This document shows positions 8,929 to 22,944 of a stretch of 64,000 nt of DNA, in pieces (the first letter of the stretch is position 1; each line of letters opens with the position of its first letter). Under the pieces are notes generated by a model. It was not told the DNA's origin. It made no database searches and saw nothing but the letters and a program-made list of their open reading frames with translations. A program made the translations under genes and the position numbers. The stretch lies in the NCBI GenBank assembly GCA_010909165.1, contig MU008179.1, positions 558,001 through 622,000 on the forward strand, written 5' to 3'. The stretch is from Anthoceros angustus. Lineage: Eukaryota; Plantae; Anthocerotophyta.

Positions 8929-11900
8929 TAAGGCGGAAAGGGAGGAATAAGCAGACGGTACTCGGGGTACTCAGTACTTTCGGGACTTCCAGGGGTGAGT
9001 AGCGGACCACGAAACCCACTCAGAGGACCTCCGGACTACACGATGTCAGGATAAGTCCGGACCCCTCCGGATCAAACAGGATAAATCATGATAAAGTAAC
9101 TTAGAAGTTGGGCGTGAGTTAAGCGGCGCCACGTGGATGGTCTTGGTGATAGGCGGCATGCAGCGGACCCGGGGACCGCGATGGCCGTTATAGGCGGTAT
9201 TCACGCTCGGTGCAGCGCGTAAGCGGAAGGTAAGCGAGAGTGAGCCATGCGGGCTCAGCGATTCTGGACAACGAGCCGCCCCTCGCCCAGCGATTACTTC
9301 CGACGGAGAGAAGCGAGGCGGTCATTCTTCAAACAACAGCGGCGAGTTCGCATTCTCTCGGCCTCGGACACGGCTCTCGGCGTTGTCTTTTTTTGCTCGC
9401 TCGGGCACCCTTGATGCGATTCGACTTGGCGGGAAACAGCGAGGGGCGGAGATTGCGGAGCCCCACGTCTCAGCAATGAGCAAGTGCGAAGATGAGACCC
9501 AGCGGCGGGCGTGGGAGCCATGGCGCTTGGTGGAGCGCAACGCCGTCCTGCGCTACCGGACTTGGGCCGTGGGCTGGAGGAGGCGGAGGGAGCTGGTGGA
9601 GGTGGCACTGGACATTTTCCGGTATACGGACCTTGACGGTCACCTAGTCCAGAATGCGCCGGGAAGATGTTGGCTAGCCAACAAGGAGGTCGATCCAAGA
9701 ACTGGAGGACCCTAGGAGGTGGGCCGTGGAGGTCTGAGGCGGTTACAACCGCCAGTGGAGAAATGGGAGGAGTAGTCTGGAACCCACGAAGGTGAAGGGA
9801 AGGTGGAAGCGGCCGGGCGGCCCTTTGCGATTAGGAACGCAGCGTCCTCCAACGGATGGTGATGTCGGACCTCCTGAGGCGGGAGTGCGTTCGAGTGGCG
9901 AAGATTATCGTCCTTGGAACATGCTCACCAAGGTGGATCACCTTGGGGATAATGCTAGTGTTCCTCCACGACCTACTGGGAAGGAAGCCGCCCTGGGGAC
10001 ATAATCTTCGCGGGTCGTCAGGGGGCTTCATAGTGAGGTCACGAGCCACCACCGTCGGCGTTATCGCCGTTTTGATTCGTGTGGGGGCCTTGCCTCTGAA
10101 GGAGGGTGAAGAGGGCAGGCACTCCGGAAAAGGCCGCTCTGGGAGGCGAAGGAAGCGAGCATGGCCCTTGCAGATATTTTGAGTCGGGAGGAGGGCAGGC
10201 AGGAGGAATTCCGGACTCCATCGTCTGGGCGGACCCCTCGCCAGGGAAGTGTGGGCTATGGACTTCCTTGGGGTTAGGAAATAAGTGGGGTTTTGTTTTT
10301 CGTAGGTTCGAATAGTAAAATAAGGCGGAAAGGGAGGAATAAGTACGGATGGTGCTCGGACCGGGCTCGGAGTATACTCCGGACTCGGGAGAATGCGGAC
10401 CCGGTACCACTATGAGCTCGGACTACGCCGGGAGTAGCAGGATAAGTCCGGACCCCACTCCAGTCAAAGCAGGATAAATCGCCGAGAAGGTAATTTGGAA
10501 GTTGAGTCGTGAGACGGACTAAGCCGTGGGTCACGAGTGGAGGTCGGGCATGCGGCCGGAGGCCGTAACCTTGCGAGGCCGTTATAGCGGTATTCACGCC
10601 CAGCGGATGTGCGGCGTGTGGGCAGTCTGTGGCAGGCGGCGGCGTAAGGTCGAGTAAGCCATGGGACCTCTGGCGATTCAGACGAGGAAGAGGCACCTCC
10701 CGCCCACATTTTCCAACGCCGACGAGGAGGTCCGGCGACCGAGACAATTTCGCAGCCTCTGCGCCCGCAACCCGCCTCGCGCTATCTCTTGAACGCCAGC
10801 ATCTTCGCCTCACCGCTAGGTTGGAGCAACGCGCAAGAGGGCGATCGTGGGTCTCCTGCAACCATCAACGCGGGGAGAAGAAGGCGATGGCACCCAAAAG
10901 GCTGCGGATGGGGAGCCATGGAACCCGGTAGAGCGCAACATTGTGACCCGCGCTATCCGGACTTTGGGCCATGGCCGGAGGAGGGGAGGATTAGTCGAGG
11001 AGTGGCACTTAGACGTGTTCCAGTGTCGACGCTTGACAAGAGTCACCGTCCGGAGTTCGCTAAGATGTTGGCGCAACCAACAAGGAGGTTCGTCCAAGAA
11101 CCTCCGGAGGATCCGCGAGATGGACCTTGAGGTCCCGAGGGCTTACAACCGCCCAAGGAGGAAGATGGGGCGAGTCCTGAGCCCCTCAAGGCGAGGGAAA
11201 GATAGAGGCGCAAGGCGGCGATGCCGCTAACGCAGACAACCAACGGCCGGTTGATATCGGACCGGATGCAGTGAGGCGAGTCTTGATCATTGTCCATCGA
11301 ACTTGCTCACCAAGGTGGATCACCTTGGTGATAATTTGTTGGTGTTCCCGCATGCGGCAAGAGGCGGACTGGGAAGGATCATCTTCGCCTGTTCAGCCAG
11401 TGAGGCCCGCAAGTCGAGGAGCGAAGCCCTCGCCGTCTGGACTATCCCCATACCCGATCCATGTATGGGGACATTACGACCTCAAGGAGGGTGAAGAGGA
11501 ACGAGCACTCCGGAAAGGGCCGGCCGCCTGAGGAGGCGGAAGGAAGAGCGCAGGCGGAGGCCCGCCTGCACCGAGTAAGAGAGTCCAGGAGGAGGACGAT
11601 CGGGAGGAATTCCGGACTCCATACGCCCTGAGCGACCCTCGCCGAGGGAAGTGTGGGCTATGGACTTCCCTTGGGGTTAGGAACAAGTGGGGTTTTGTTT
11701 TTCGTGAGGTCTCAATAGTAAAATAAGGCGAAAGGGAGGAATAAGCACGGATGGTGCTCCGGACTGCCCGAGTATACTGACCCGGAGGGGTAACGGACGA
11801 CACTATGACGAGCTCCGGACTACGCACCGGTAACGGATAAGTCCGGACCCCACCCGGTCAAAACAGATAAGTACGCCAGGAAGGTAATTTGGAAGTTGAG

Positions 11901-14264
11901 TCGTGAGGATGTACAAGCGCGCCACGTGACGGCCCCGAGTGGAGGTCGGGCATGCAGCAAGACCGTACCTTGCCAGGGGCCGTTATAGCGGTATTCACGC
12001 CCGCGGATCGCGCAGAAGGCGGCAGAGCAGGCGCGAGGCGAAGGTCGAGTAAGCCGCGTGCCTCCGCGCAGGAAGAGGCACCTCCCGCCCAGCCATTTCC
12101 AACCAAGGCGCCGACGAGGAGGTCATTCGCGCGACCGAGACAATTTAGCCTCTGCGCAACCGCCCGCGCCATCTCTTTGAACGCCAGCATCTCGCGCTCA
12201 CCGCTAGGTTGGAGCAATAACGCGGAAGAGGGCGATCGTGCCGGTCTCCTGCAAGGGCAACGGCGAAAGGAGAAGAAGGCGGCACCCAAAAAGGTCATGG
12301 AGGTCTGAGCCATGGAACCCGGTAGAGCGCAACATTGTGACCCGCGCTATCCGGACTTTGGGCCATGGCCGGAGGAGGCGGGAGGATTAGTCGAGGAGTG
12401 GCACTTAGACGTGTTCCAGCCGTCGGACGCTTGACTCACCGTCCGGAGTTCGCCGGAAGATGTTGGCGGCCAACAAGGAGGTTCGTCCAAGAACCTCCGG
12501 AGGATCCTGTGCGATGGACCTTGAGGTCCCGAGGGCGGCTTACAACCGCCCAAGGAGGAAGATGGGGCGAAGTCCCGAGCCCCTCAAGGCGAGGGAAAGA
12601 TAGAGGCGCAAGGGCGGCGGCGTCGGCCCGTAACGCAGCGACAACCAACCGGTTGATATGGACCGCCAGAGTGAGGGTCAGAGTCGATCATTGTCCATCG
12701 AACTTGCTCACCAAGGTGGATCACCTTGGTGATAATTTGTTGGTGTTCCCGCATGCGCAGGGGCAAGAGGGCGACTGGGAAGGATCATCTTCGTTCTCAG
12801 TGAGGCCCGCAAGTCGAGGAGCGAGAAGCCCTCGCTCGACTATCCCCATACCCGATCCATGTATGGGGACATTACGAGCCTCAAGGATGGGGAGAGAGCG
12901 GCGCCCGGAAAGGGTTGGCGGCCCTACCAAGTGAGGGCAAGGGCGCTCGAGGTAGAGGCCCACCCCTAGGGCCAAACGGGTCCGGAGGAGGACGATCGAA
13001 GGGATACTGACCCATACGCCCGAACGGACCCCTCACCACCTAGGGAAGTGTGGGAAGATATCCCTTCCCTCCTCTTGAATGCCTCAGCAACCCGGTCTGG
13101 CGGGGGGGCCAGGCCCGGCCCGGCGGCCCGGCCACAGCCTGGCAGCGGCGGAGGAGCCCAGCGGACTCGCAGGCGGAGGAAGGCGGAAGGCAGTGCCATC
13201 CTTGACACCCGGTGCCTGCCTCTGCCTCTGAGTGGCAAGAGGCGGCGGAGGAAGGCGAAGGGGCCAAGGAGGCGGTCAGGCAGCACGGGAGCGATCCACA
13301 TGGGAGGCGAGGGTCGGCTCGAACCCCTCACCTCAAGGCCCCAGGACGAAGAGGGCAAATAAGGAATTGGCGGCCAAGAGGGCCAAGGAGGGTGAAGCTC
13401 CGGAGCTCAGCAATCAGGACCTAAGGGGCCTGATTAGGTCCGGAGAACCCAGTCCGGACTTACTCCGGACTGCGGTATGGAGGTCCTTGGCGGACCGTGA
13501 AATGCCCGCTCCCACTACGGACTTTTTGGGGGTCTCACCAGTGGCGGCCGTGGAAGAGACACGGCGGGTCCTGGCTACCGTCATGGACGGTATGCTTTGG
13601 GGTCTCTGGGACGGTGAGAAGACCCGAGTAGAAGCCACCGGAGGCGTATGGTGCTCCTCAGAGGCGGTTGGAGGCGGCCGAGGCGGAGGAAGGCGGGCTC
13701 TCGGCCGCATCGAAGAAGGAGCGGAGGCCGAGAGGAAGTCGGTCCATTGACGGGACGGACTAAATTCCTTGTTGGGTGGCGGTGAGCGAACAGTTAAACC
13801 AGTGAAGACCTCTGCTGGAGAGGAGATGGAGGTCCTTGGCGGACGGAGGAAGTGAGGCGATGGAACAGGAGCAGGAGGCCGAGGCGGCGGAGGAAGTGAG
13901 GCCGGACTCGGGGAAGGAAGCCCGTGGAGGATGGAGGATCTCGGTCTCGATTGCGTGAGGTGGCGGCGGCGGAGATGGAAGACCGCAGGAGACTCAGGCT
14001 GTGCTCAGTTACCATTGAGAGGAATGGTGTGCGGGCGTGATCTCGGATCACGAGCGAAATAAGCGGCTCCGGCTGTTGGCGGACGGAGGAAGTAAGGCGA
14101 TGGAGCAGGCGGGCGTCGCGAAATGGAGAAGGACACAGGCGAAGCCGTAATGCAGCGAGTTGCCCGCTGGAGAGGAGATGGCGGAGCTAACGGCGAGAAT
14201 AAGCGAGGCGAAACCTTTGGGCCTTGTGCTGGTCGATTAAGGAAGGCGGAAGGGGAGCTGCGCT

Positions 14265-14717
14265 ATGGCGGTAGGAGGCGAAGCGGGGAGGCGGTTGGAG
14301 GCGGCGATGGAACAGGAGCAGGGGAGGCGGTTGGAGGCGGCGGCGGAGGCGGCCTTGGCCTCACGGTCGGCCGGCTCCGGCCGCGAACTGGCGGAGGATG
14401 GTCCGGCAAGCGGACGATGCTCTCGGGCACCAATGGCGAAGGAGTATCGGGTGCTCGGGCACATGTGGAAGAGGCAATCCAAAGAAATTGACTCGGATTT
14501 TGCCTACTACCACGCCGAGCTCCTTAAGGCATTGGAAGCCTCTCGGCCCCGCTACATGGGCGGACCCGGAGGCTCGAGAAGGGATGAAGGGCATGGGGAC
14601 GGCAGGACCCTAGTGGCCTGTTTGGAGGCAGCGGTAGCGGGGAGAAGAGCCTCGGGAGGCGGGGCAGCCAGCCTAGCGAATCTCGAGGTAAGTCCGCAAC
14701 ACCTTTCGGGAAGATAG
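14265..14717 (+). pseudogene. C-terminal part of the inner element ORF
   Basis: KEYRVLGHMWKRQSKEIDSDFAYYHAELLKALE, homologous to 22449-22733 and 57747-58037. Confidence 0.65.
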
Positions 14718-14784
14718 GCGGCCACGAAGGCGGAAGGAGGAAACCCGACCCAAGACAAGGGTCGGTGGGAAGGGATGAGGACCT

Positions 14785-14955
14785 AGCGATGAGGTCCCAT
14801 GAGATAAAGTCCGGAGCTTGGGGACGGACCCCGTAATGGACCGGACGAGGTCGAACCCGAGATGAGGCCGGACCAGTGAGGCCGGACTCGGGGAATAAGC
14901 GGACTCCGAGTTCGGACTCGGGAGTCGAGGCCGGACCTCGAGGTCCGGACTCGGG
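14785..14955. repeat. GGTCCGGACTCGG-type degenerate short-repeat cluster (inner element)
   Basis: Repeated GGCCGGAC/GTCCGGACTCGGG motifs at the position equivalent to 22945-23220. Confidence 0.65.
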
Positions 14956-17900
14956 GAAGCAAGGAGGAGTCCCTCAGGCTTCTGGAGGCAGTCGGTGGCC
15001 CTAGGAGGGACCCACCGGGGCTGTGGGACGACGTTGTGGTAGCAGTCGTCGGACCTTGCCGTGTAACAACGAGTTCGGGAAGGAAGGGTCCGCCTCGCGG
15101 ATCATCCGATTAGGTGCGCCCATCGGGAGACGAGATTGGACCACCAATCCGGCGGAACCGGGACCTTCCAGGCCCAGCCAGAAGGAGATAGGAGGAGGAA
15201 TAGGATGGTAGGCGGCGATTAGGGCGTCTTGAGGTACCATTTCGAATAGGGTGTAATAAAGGCGCCGACTTGGGCGTAGTATAAGAGAAATTTGAGGCGC
15301 TGAATAAATCATCTTCTCTTGGTGTTGATGCGCGTTGCTTCGGACCTTGTGTGTCTTCTGTAGCGTGAGTCTGAGTCAGCGAGCACGCGGCTCGAAGGCA
15401 GTCAAGGTCACAGTGGCGGACCCTAACGTGTGGTGTGTGCGGGGAAGGCGGCGGGGACGTGTTCGTCGAGGCGGCCCAGTCAATGGGCCGGGCGTGTGAG
15501 CGGAGGAACTCGGGAGGCGTCTGAGCCGGACGGAGGCCAGTTGAGCAACGGAGGAGGTCGGGTGCTAACCACTGCGTTCTTTTCAAGGTTGATGGCGTGG
15601 GAGTGAGGAGCGGACTAAAGGGTGGTGGCGTCGAGGCAATCACGGACGACAGGTCCTTAAACGCTTGGCCACACGGGCTGTTCGGTGAGCGTTATGAGTA
15701 GTTAGGCGCAAAATGGCGATTGCGTGTGTGAAAGTTGGACATAAAAGTGAGATCGGTGAAGCGGCAAGCGGAGCTTATCATTCTCTCGGAGCGGACTCCT
15801 TACTACACATGGGATTGAAAGGCGCCCGGTAGGCGTCAGAAATGTGATCGTTATACCTTGATGGAACATCCCTTCCTCCTCCGGTGCCCCACCGGGGAGG
15901 CGTCTGAGCCGGAGGAACTCGGGAGGCGGGCGGGAGTTGGCGGTTCAGTAGCATGCGGCAAGCGACAACCAACAACAACGGCATTTTTGGTCCCAGCGGA
16001 CTCGGCGGAACCAAAGAGGCGGAAGACGGCGCCTACCAACACACCGAGACAGCGCTCGATTGCCTTGCCTCACCTTAGCGGAGTGGCAAGAAGCGGAGGA
16101 GGCTCAAAGGCGGAGGGCCTTTGCAAGGCGGGAGGCCAGTTGAGCAACGAGGAGGTCCGGACTCGGGGAAGAGGAAGGGGTCCGGAGCTTGGGGACGGAC
16201 CCGGAGGCCGGACCTCGAGGTCCGGACTCGGGAGGAGGAAGGCGGAGAAGGAGTTAGTGGCCAAGAGGGCTGAGGAAGGTGAGGCTCGGACTCAAAGACT
16301 CGTGACCTAAGGGTCTGATTAGGTCCGAGAGCCCTGACTCGCCCGGACTCAGATGGGCGGTCTTGACGGACCGTGAGAGATGCCCACGCCCACAAATGGA
16401 CTTTCGGCATCTCCCCACGGCCGTGGAAGAAGCAGCAGTGTTAGCTACCGTCATGGACGAGATAAGCTCATGGGACAAGCGAGAAGACCCAAGAAGTAGA
16501 GGCCACCCGGGAGGAGGATGGTGGAACTTCAAGGTGTGGAGGCGCCTGTGAGGCGAGGTATAGGCGGAGTCCTCGCCCGAATCGAGGAGGGAAAGCGTTG
16601 GGAGGTGGAGAGCGAGAGGTCCGACGGTCCAGAAGACCGGATTAAGATCCTTCACCGCGAATAACAAGGCGGCGGCCAGAGGCCCACGCGAGCCGAGGAC
16701 CTGCAAACGGAGGCGGGCGGTGGAGGCGGAGGAGTACGCCAAAGAAGGTAACTTAGAAGTTGGGCGTGAGTTGAGAGCGGCGCCACGGATGGCAATCTGA
16801 GTGGAAGACGACGCCGCCAGCAGCGTGGACCGTAGCATGCCGGTGGCGTTATAAGCAGTATTCACGCCTGCATCGCGCGGGCAGAGGGCCGGAGTAGGCG
16901 GAAGCGTAAGGCGAGAGTAAGCCATGCAGGCTCCTGACAGTTACGGACAGCAAAGAGCCGCCCTCCCGCGCGGCGGTTACTTCCGGCGGAGAGAAGTGAG
17001 GCGGAGGTCATTCTTCCAAACAACTTCGCGGCGAGTTTCGCATTCTCTCGCGCTCAGACACCCGGCTCTCTGGCGTTGTCTTTTTGATCGCTCCAGCATC
17101 CTTCGGCGCAGTTTGAATTGGCGAGTGAAGCAACTGACACCGCGACTGAGGAGCGAAAGATTGTGGAGCTTCACGCCCAGCAGAGGATGAGGTAGCGGAG
17201 GATGGGACCCAAGAAGGCGGCGGAGGTTTGGGAGCCATGGCGCTTGGTGGAGCGCAACATCGCCACCAAGCGCCACCCGACTGGGCCGTGGCCGGAGGAG
17301 GCGGGGAGCTGGTCAGGAGTGGCACTGGACGCTTTGTCAGCGACCTTTGACACGCCTAGTCCGGAGTACGCCGGAAGATGTTGGCGGCCAACAAGGAGGT
17401 TCGATCTAAGAGCCTGCGAGAGGACCCTAGGAGGTGGACCGTGGAGGTCCTGAGGGCTGTTTACAACCGTCCAGCGGAGGAAATTGGGGGCGTAGTTCCG
17501 GAACCCCTCAAGGCAAGAGGAAAGATAGAGGCGGCAAAGGCCGCCATGCTGAAGCCAGGGACGCAACGAACAACCAACGGCTGGTTGATGTCGGATTTGC
17601 TGGACAGGAGGGTGAGAGCAATGGCTAGGATCATTGTCCACTGGAACATGCTCACCAAGGTAGATCACCTTGGTGACAATCTACTGGTGTTCCTGCATGC
17701 GCCGCAGGAAGGAGGCGGAGGAGTACGCCCAAGAAGGTAACTTAGAAGTTGGGCGTGAGTTAGCAGCCAGGCGCCACGTGGATGGCACCAGTGGAAGACG
17801 GCATGCCGCCAGCGTGCCAGACCGTAGCATTGCCGGTGGCGTTATAAGTGCATTCACGCTGCACGCTGGCAGCCGTAAGGCCGCAGTAGGCGGAAGCGTA

Positions 17901-20900
17901 AGGCGAGAGTAAGCCATGCGCTCCGGCGCCACGGACAAAGAAGAGCCGCCTGCCGTTACTTCCATGAGAGAAGTGAGGCGAGGTCATTCCCAACAACTTC
18001 ATGAGTTTTGCATTCTCGCCGACACCCGGCTCTCTGGCGTTGTCTTTTTGATCGCTCCAGCATCCTTCGGCGCAGTTCGAATTGGCGAGTGAAGCAACTG
18101 ACACCGCGACTGAGGAGCGAAAGATTGTGGAGCTTCACGCCTCAGCAGCAGGACAGAGGGAGCGGGAGGATGGGACCCAAGAAGGCGGCGGAGGTTTGGG
18201 AGCCATGGCGCTTGGTGGAGCGCAACATCGTCACCAAGCGCTACCCGGACTTCGGGCCGTGGCTGGAGGAGGCGGGGGAGCTGGTCGAGGAGTGGCACTG
18301 GACGCTTGTGTCAGTTCGGACCTTTGACGTCGCCCTAGTCCGGGAGTACGCCGGAAGATGTTGGTGCCAACAAGGAGGTTCGATCTAAGAGCTCGAGAGG
18401 ACCCTAGGAGGTGGACCGTGGAGGTCCTGAGGGCGGCAAACCGTCCAAATGGGAGGAAATTGGGGGCGTAGTTCCCCTCAAGGCAAGAGGAAAGATAGAG
18501 GCGGCAAAGGCCGCAATGCTGAAGCCAGGGACGCAACGAACAACCAACGGCCGGGTTGATGCCTGGACGGCCGGATGAGGGTGAGAGCAAAGGGCCGTGA
18601 TCATTGTCCATCGGAATACATGCTCACTGCAGATCACCTTGGTGACACCCATCGGTGTTCCCGCATGCGCCGCAAAGGGGAAGGAAGGGCATCGGGGAGG
18701 ATCATCTTCGCCAGATCAATCGTGAAGCTCATGTCGAGTGAGAAGCCTCCTCCGTCGGCGTTATCGCCGTTTTAATTCATGTGGGCACGCGAACCTCAAG
18801 GAGGGTGAAGAGGAACGCGACCGGAAGATGTTGGCGGCCCACCGGAGGCGTATGAAGGGGCGCAGGAGGCGGAGGCCCGCCCCCGGAGCAAGAGGGTCCG
18901 GGAGGAAGACGATCGAGGGAATCCTGCCACACGTCTGAGCGGACCCCCTCGCCACCGAGGGAAGTGTGGAGGACATCCCGCTTCCTCCTCCGGTGCCCCA
19001 CCGAGCAACAGGAAGAGGCGGCCACAGTGGCGAGCGCGGCCAGTGCATCACCGCCACACGACGGATACCGAGCCTCGACGGACTCGGCGGGAACCAAAGA
19101 GGCGGAAGACGGTGCCACCCATCAACGCAGACCTGTGACGGCGCCTGTTCTTGCCTCGCCAACGGAGTGGCAAGAAGCCGAGGAGGCGATGGCGGGGACG
19201 CCCAAGGAGCGGGAGGCCACCGGCAAGAGCCCCCACCCGAGCCGGGTCCTGCCTCCGACCGGGAGAGGTAAAGGTCGCCTCAACCCCTCACCCCTCCGAG
19301 CCCTGTGAGAAAGAGGCGCCAAGAGGGCCAAGGAAGGTGAGGCTCCGGACTCAAGACTGTGACCTAAGGGTCCCGATTAGGTCCGAGAGCCCACCGACTC
19401 ACCCGGCCGTATGGAGGTCCTTGGCGAGAGATGCCCACCTCCACGACGGACTTCTTGGGGGCCTCACTGGCACTGTGGAAGAGACACGGCGGTCCTGCCA
19501 CACATGGACTGTATCTGGGACCTCTACGGCCGAGAAGACCTGTGGAGGTGGAGGCAACAAGGAGGCGCATGGTGCTCCTCCAGAGGCGAGGAGGCGGAGG
19601 CGAGGAAGAAGAAGGCGGAAGCCCTCGGCCGCATCGAGGAGGGAAAGCGCCGGGAGGCGGAGGCGGAGGCGAGGAAGAAGGCGGCGGAGGCCCGCCCACC
19701 GGAGGCGAGGAGGCGGAGGCCCGCCCCCGGAGCAAGAGGGTCCGGAGGAAGACGATCGAGGGAATCCTGCCACACGTCTGAGCGGACCCTCGCCACCGAG
19801 GGAAGTGTGGAGGACATCCCGCTTCCTCCTCGGTGCCCCACCGAGCAACAGGAAGAGGCGGCCACAGTGGCGAGCGCGGCCAGTGCATCACCGCCACACG
19901 ACGGATACCGAGCCTCGACGGACTCGGGGACCAAGAGGCGGAAGACGGTGCCACCCATCAACGCAGACCTGTGACGGCGCCTGTTCTTGCCTCGCCAACG
20001 GAGTGGCAAGAAGCCGAGGAGGCGATGGCGGGGACGCCCAAGGAGCGGGAGGCCACCGGCAAGAGCCCACCCGAGCCGGGTCCTGCCTCCGACCGGGAGA
20101 GGTAAAGGTCGCCTCAACCCCTCACCCCTCCGAGCCCTGTGAGAAAGAGGCGCCAAGAGGGCCAAGAGGTGAGGCTCCTGACCGACTGTGGACCGAGGGT
20201 CCCGATTAGGTCCGAGAGCCCACCGACTCGCCCGGACCGGGTATGGAGGTCCTTGGCGAGAGATGCCCACCTCCACGACGGACTTCTTGGGGGCCTCACC
20301 ATGGCGCCGGAAGTGGCGGGTCCTAGCTACCGCCATGGACGGTATGCTCTGGGGTCTCTGGACGGCCGAGAAGACCTGTGGAGGTGGAGGCAACAAGGAG
20401 GCGATGGTGCTCCTCCAGAGATGGAGGCGCCCAGAGGCGAGGAAGAAGGCGGAAGCCTCGGCCGCATCGAGGGAAAGCGCCGGAGGCGAGGAAGTCCGTC
20501 CATTTGACAGATCGGACTAAGTTTCTTCACCGGGCGGTAGCAGCGGGCACAGAGGCCCAAGCGGGCAAGGACCTCGCAGCGCAGGTGGAGGAGGAGGCGA
20601 GGAGGGTCGAGGCGCGGAGAACGCCGACTTGGCCGAGGCGGCTCCGAGCCCAACATCGTACGCCGAGGCTCGTGAAGGCGCGGAAGCGCCGCGGGCGAAG
20701 GTCGACCGGGATCACTATCGACGTGATCGGAACCGGTGGAGGGAGACGGGGGGTAGCCGCTAACTCAAGGCCGCAGCAGGAGCCGGAGGAAGAAGGCCGC
20801 AGCAGGAGGAATCGGAGGTCAGCACCGGGAAATAGGGGACCTGGTGCAGCAGGAGGTGAAGAGCGGCAGGAGCCGGAGGCAAAGGATACCGAGCCGCAAC

Positions 20901-21993
20901 TCCAAGACGACGGAGCAAGCAGGGGTTCTCAACGAGAGAATCCAAGACTTCGAGCGGAGATAGAGCGCCCGCTTGAAGACGGAGGAGAATAGGCGACGGC
21001 CAAGGAGTTCAACGTCGAGGCCGCAGCAGGAGCCGGAGGAAGCTGTGAGCGGGATACCGCCCGCCTCGGAGAAGGAAGTGGCGGACCTCCGGAAAGGATG
21101 AACGGAGGAAGAGAGCTGGAGGAGGAGGCAAAACCAGAGTCCGTGAGTCCGGACTCGAAGAAAGGCGGAAGCGGAGGGTGAGCTCATGGCCATGCGAAAT
21201 CATGGAGCTAGAACGAAGGGAGGAGGAGAATCAGCAAGCAGCCAAGGCCGCAGGAGAAGGCCGCCTTGGTGGCATCGAGGAGTCCGCCGCCAGCTGGTAA
21301 GCCCGCAACGGAGACGGCCAAGAGGGCCAAGGAAGGTGAGGCTCCTGACCAAAGACTCAGGACCGAGGGTCCCGATTAGGTCCGAGAGCCAGTCCGGACT
21401 CGACTGCGGTATGGAGGTCCTTGGCAGACGAGAGATGCCCACCTCCACGACGGACTTCTTGGGGGCCTCACCAAGGGCGCCTGTGAAGTGGCGGGTCCTA
21501 GCTACCGCCATGAGGGAGGCTCGGGGTGGGACGGCCGAGAAGACCTGTGGAGGTGGAGGCAACAAGGAGGCGCATGGTGCTCCTCCAGGAGCAGATGGAG
21601 GCGGCCCAGGAGGCGAGGAAGAAGGCGGAAGCCCTCGGCCGCATCGAGGAGGGAAAGCGCCGGAGGCCGAAAGGGAAGTCTCGTCCATTTGACAGGATCG
21701 GATTAAGTTTCTTCACCGGGCGAAAATCAAGTGGTGTGAGGCCCAAGCGGGCAAGGACCTGCGGGAGGTGGAGGGAGGTGGAGGAGGCGAGGAGGGTCGA
21801 GGCGTGAGAACGCTAACGACTTGGCCGAGGCGGTTTCACGAGCCCAACATCGGACCAGTGAGGCTCGTGAAGGCCGCTGGAAGCAAGCGCTGGCGACCGG
21901 ATCACTATCGACGTGATCGGAACCGTGGAGGGAGACGGCTGCAGCCGCGGCTAACTTGAAGGCCAACAGTGGCCGGGAGGGCACGGCCGAGCC

Positions 21994-22733
21994 GTGAGGA
22001 GGAATCGGAGGTCAGCACTCGGAAATAGGGGACCTGTGGAGGTGGAGGCGGCCAAGAGGGCCAAGAGGGCCAAGGATACCGAGTCAGAACTCCAAGACGA
22101 CGGAGCAGGGGTTCTCAACGAGAGAATCCAGGACTTCGAGCGGGAGATAGAGCGCCTCCAGCTTTGCTTGAAGACGGAGGAGAATAGGCGACGGTCCAAG
22201 GAGTTCAACGTCGCGAGGCTGCAGCAGGAGCTGGAGGAAGCCAGGAGTCGGACGGGGATACCGGCCTGCCTGGAGAAGGAAGTGGCGGACCTCCGGGAAA
22301 GGATGAACGGAGGAAAGAGAGCGTTGGAGGAGGCGAGTAGCCGTCCGGCTATGGGAAGGGGAGGGGTGACCCATGGCCGAAATCAAGTGAGCTAGAACGA
22401 TTTCGGAGGAGGAGAACGCCGGCAAAGCAGCACAAGGGAGAGGCCGCCTTGGTGGCATCGAGGGAGTCCGCCCGGCTGCAGTTGGTAAGCCTGGCAACGG
22501 AGACGGGCCAGCAGGCTGGACAACATGCCCAGCTGCCGGAGCACCTCTGGCGGAGGGAATACCGGGTGCTCCGGGCCCATGTGGAGGAGGCAATTCAACA
22601 AGTCGATTCCGACTTTGCCTACTACCACGCAGAGCTCCTCAAGGCTCTGGAGGTCTTGCGCCACCCTAGGCAGGTGGGCGGACTTCCAGAAGGGTCGGAA
22701 GGAGGAGCGAGGGAGGAAGGACCGGACAGATAG
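21994..22733 (+). pseudogene. Coiled-coil C-terminal region of the outer element ORF (frameshifted)
   Basis: FEREIERLQLCLKTEENRRRSKEFNVARLQQELEEAR..LEKEVADLRERM; WRREYRVLRAHVEEAIQQVDSDFAYYHAELLKALEV. Confidence 0.7.
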
Positions 22734-22944
22734 CCACGGGACCCTAGGAGCGCCTGCTTGACGACAGCAGCGGCGAGGAGGAGAGCAACGGAGGAGCCGG
22801 ACGCAGAAGGGTCACCCACGAGGTAAGCACTGCACTCCGCAGGGAAGGAGGAGGCCTGGGAGGCCGTGAACCGGAACCGGAACCACGGAAGGCTCGGTGG
22901 GTGAGCCGTGATAAGCCCGGCGAGGAGGCAAAACCAGAGTCCGT

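Larger units (their letters stand above)
10250..15856 (+). mobile_element. Diverged member of the same GC-rich family, apparently nested in the outer element
   Basis: A new left terminus TGTGGGCTATGGACTTCCTTGGGGTTAGG appears at 10250 (and 11652); the family right-end motif GGAGCTTATCATTCTCTCGGAGCGGACTCCTTACTACA appears at ~15771-15807; the host ORF resumes at ~15862 (TGGAACATCCC). No clean TSD. Confidence 0.6.
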
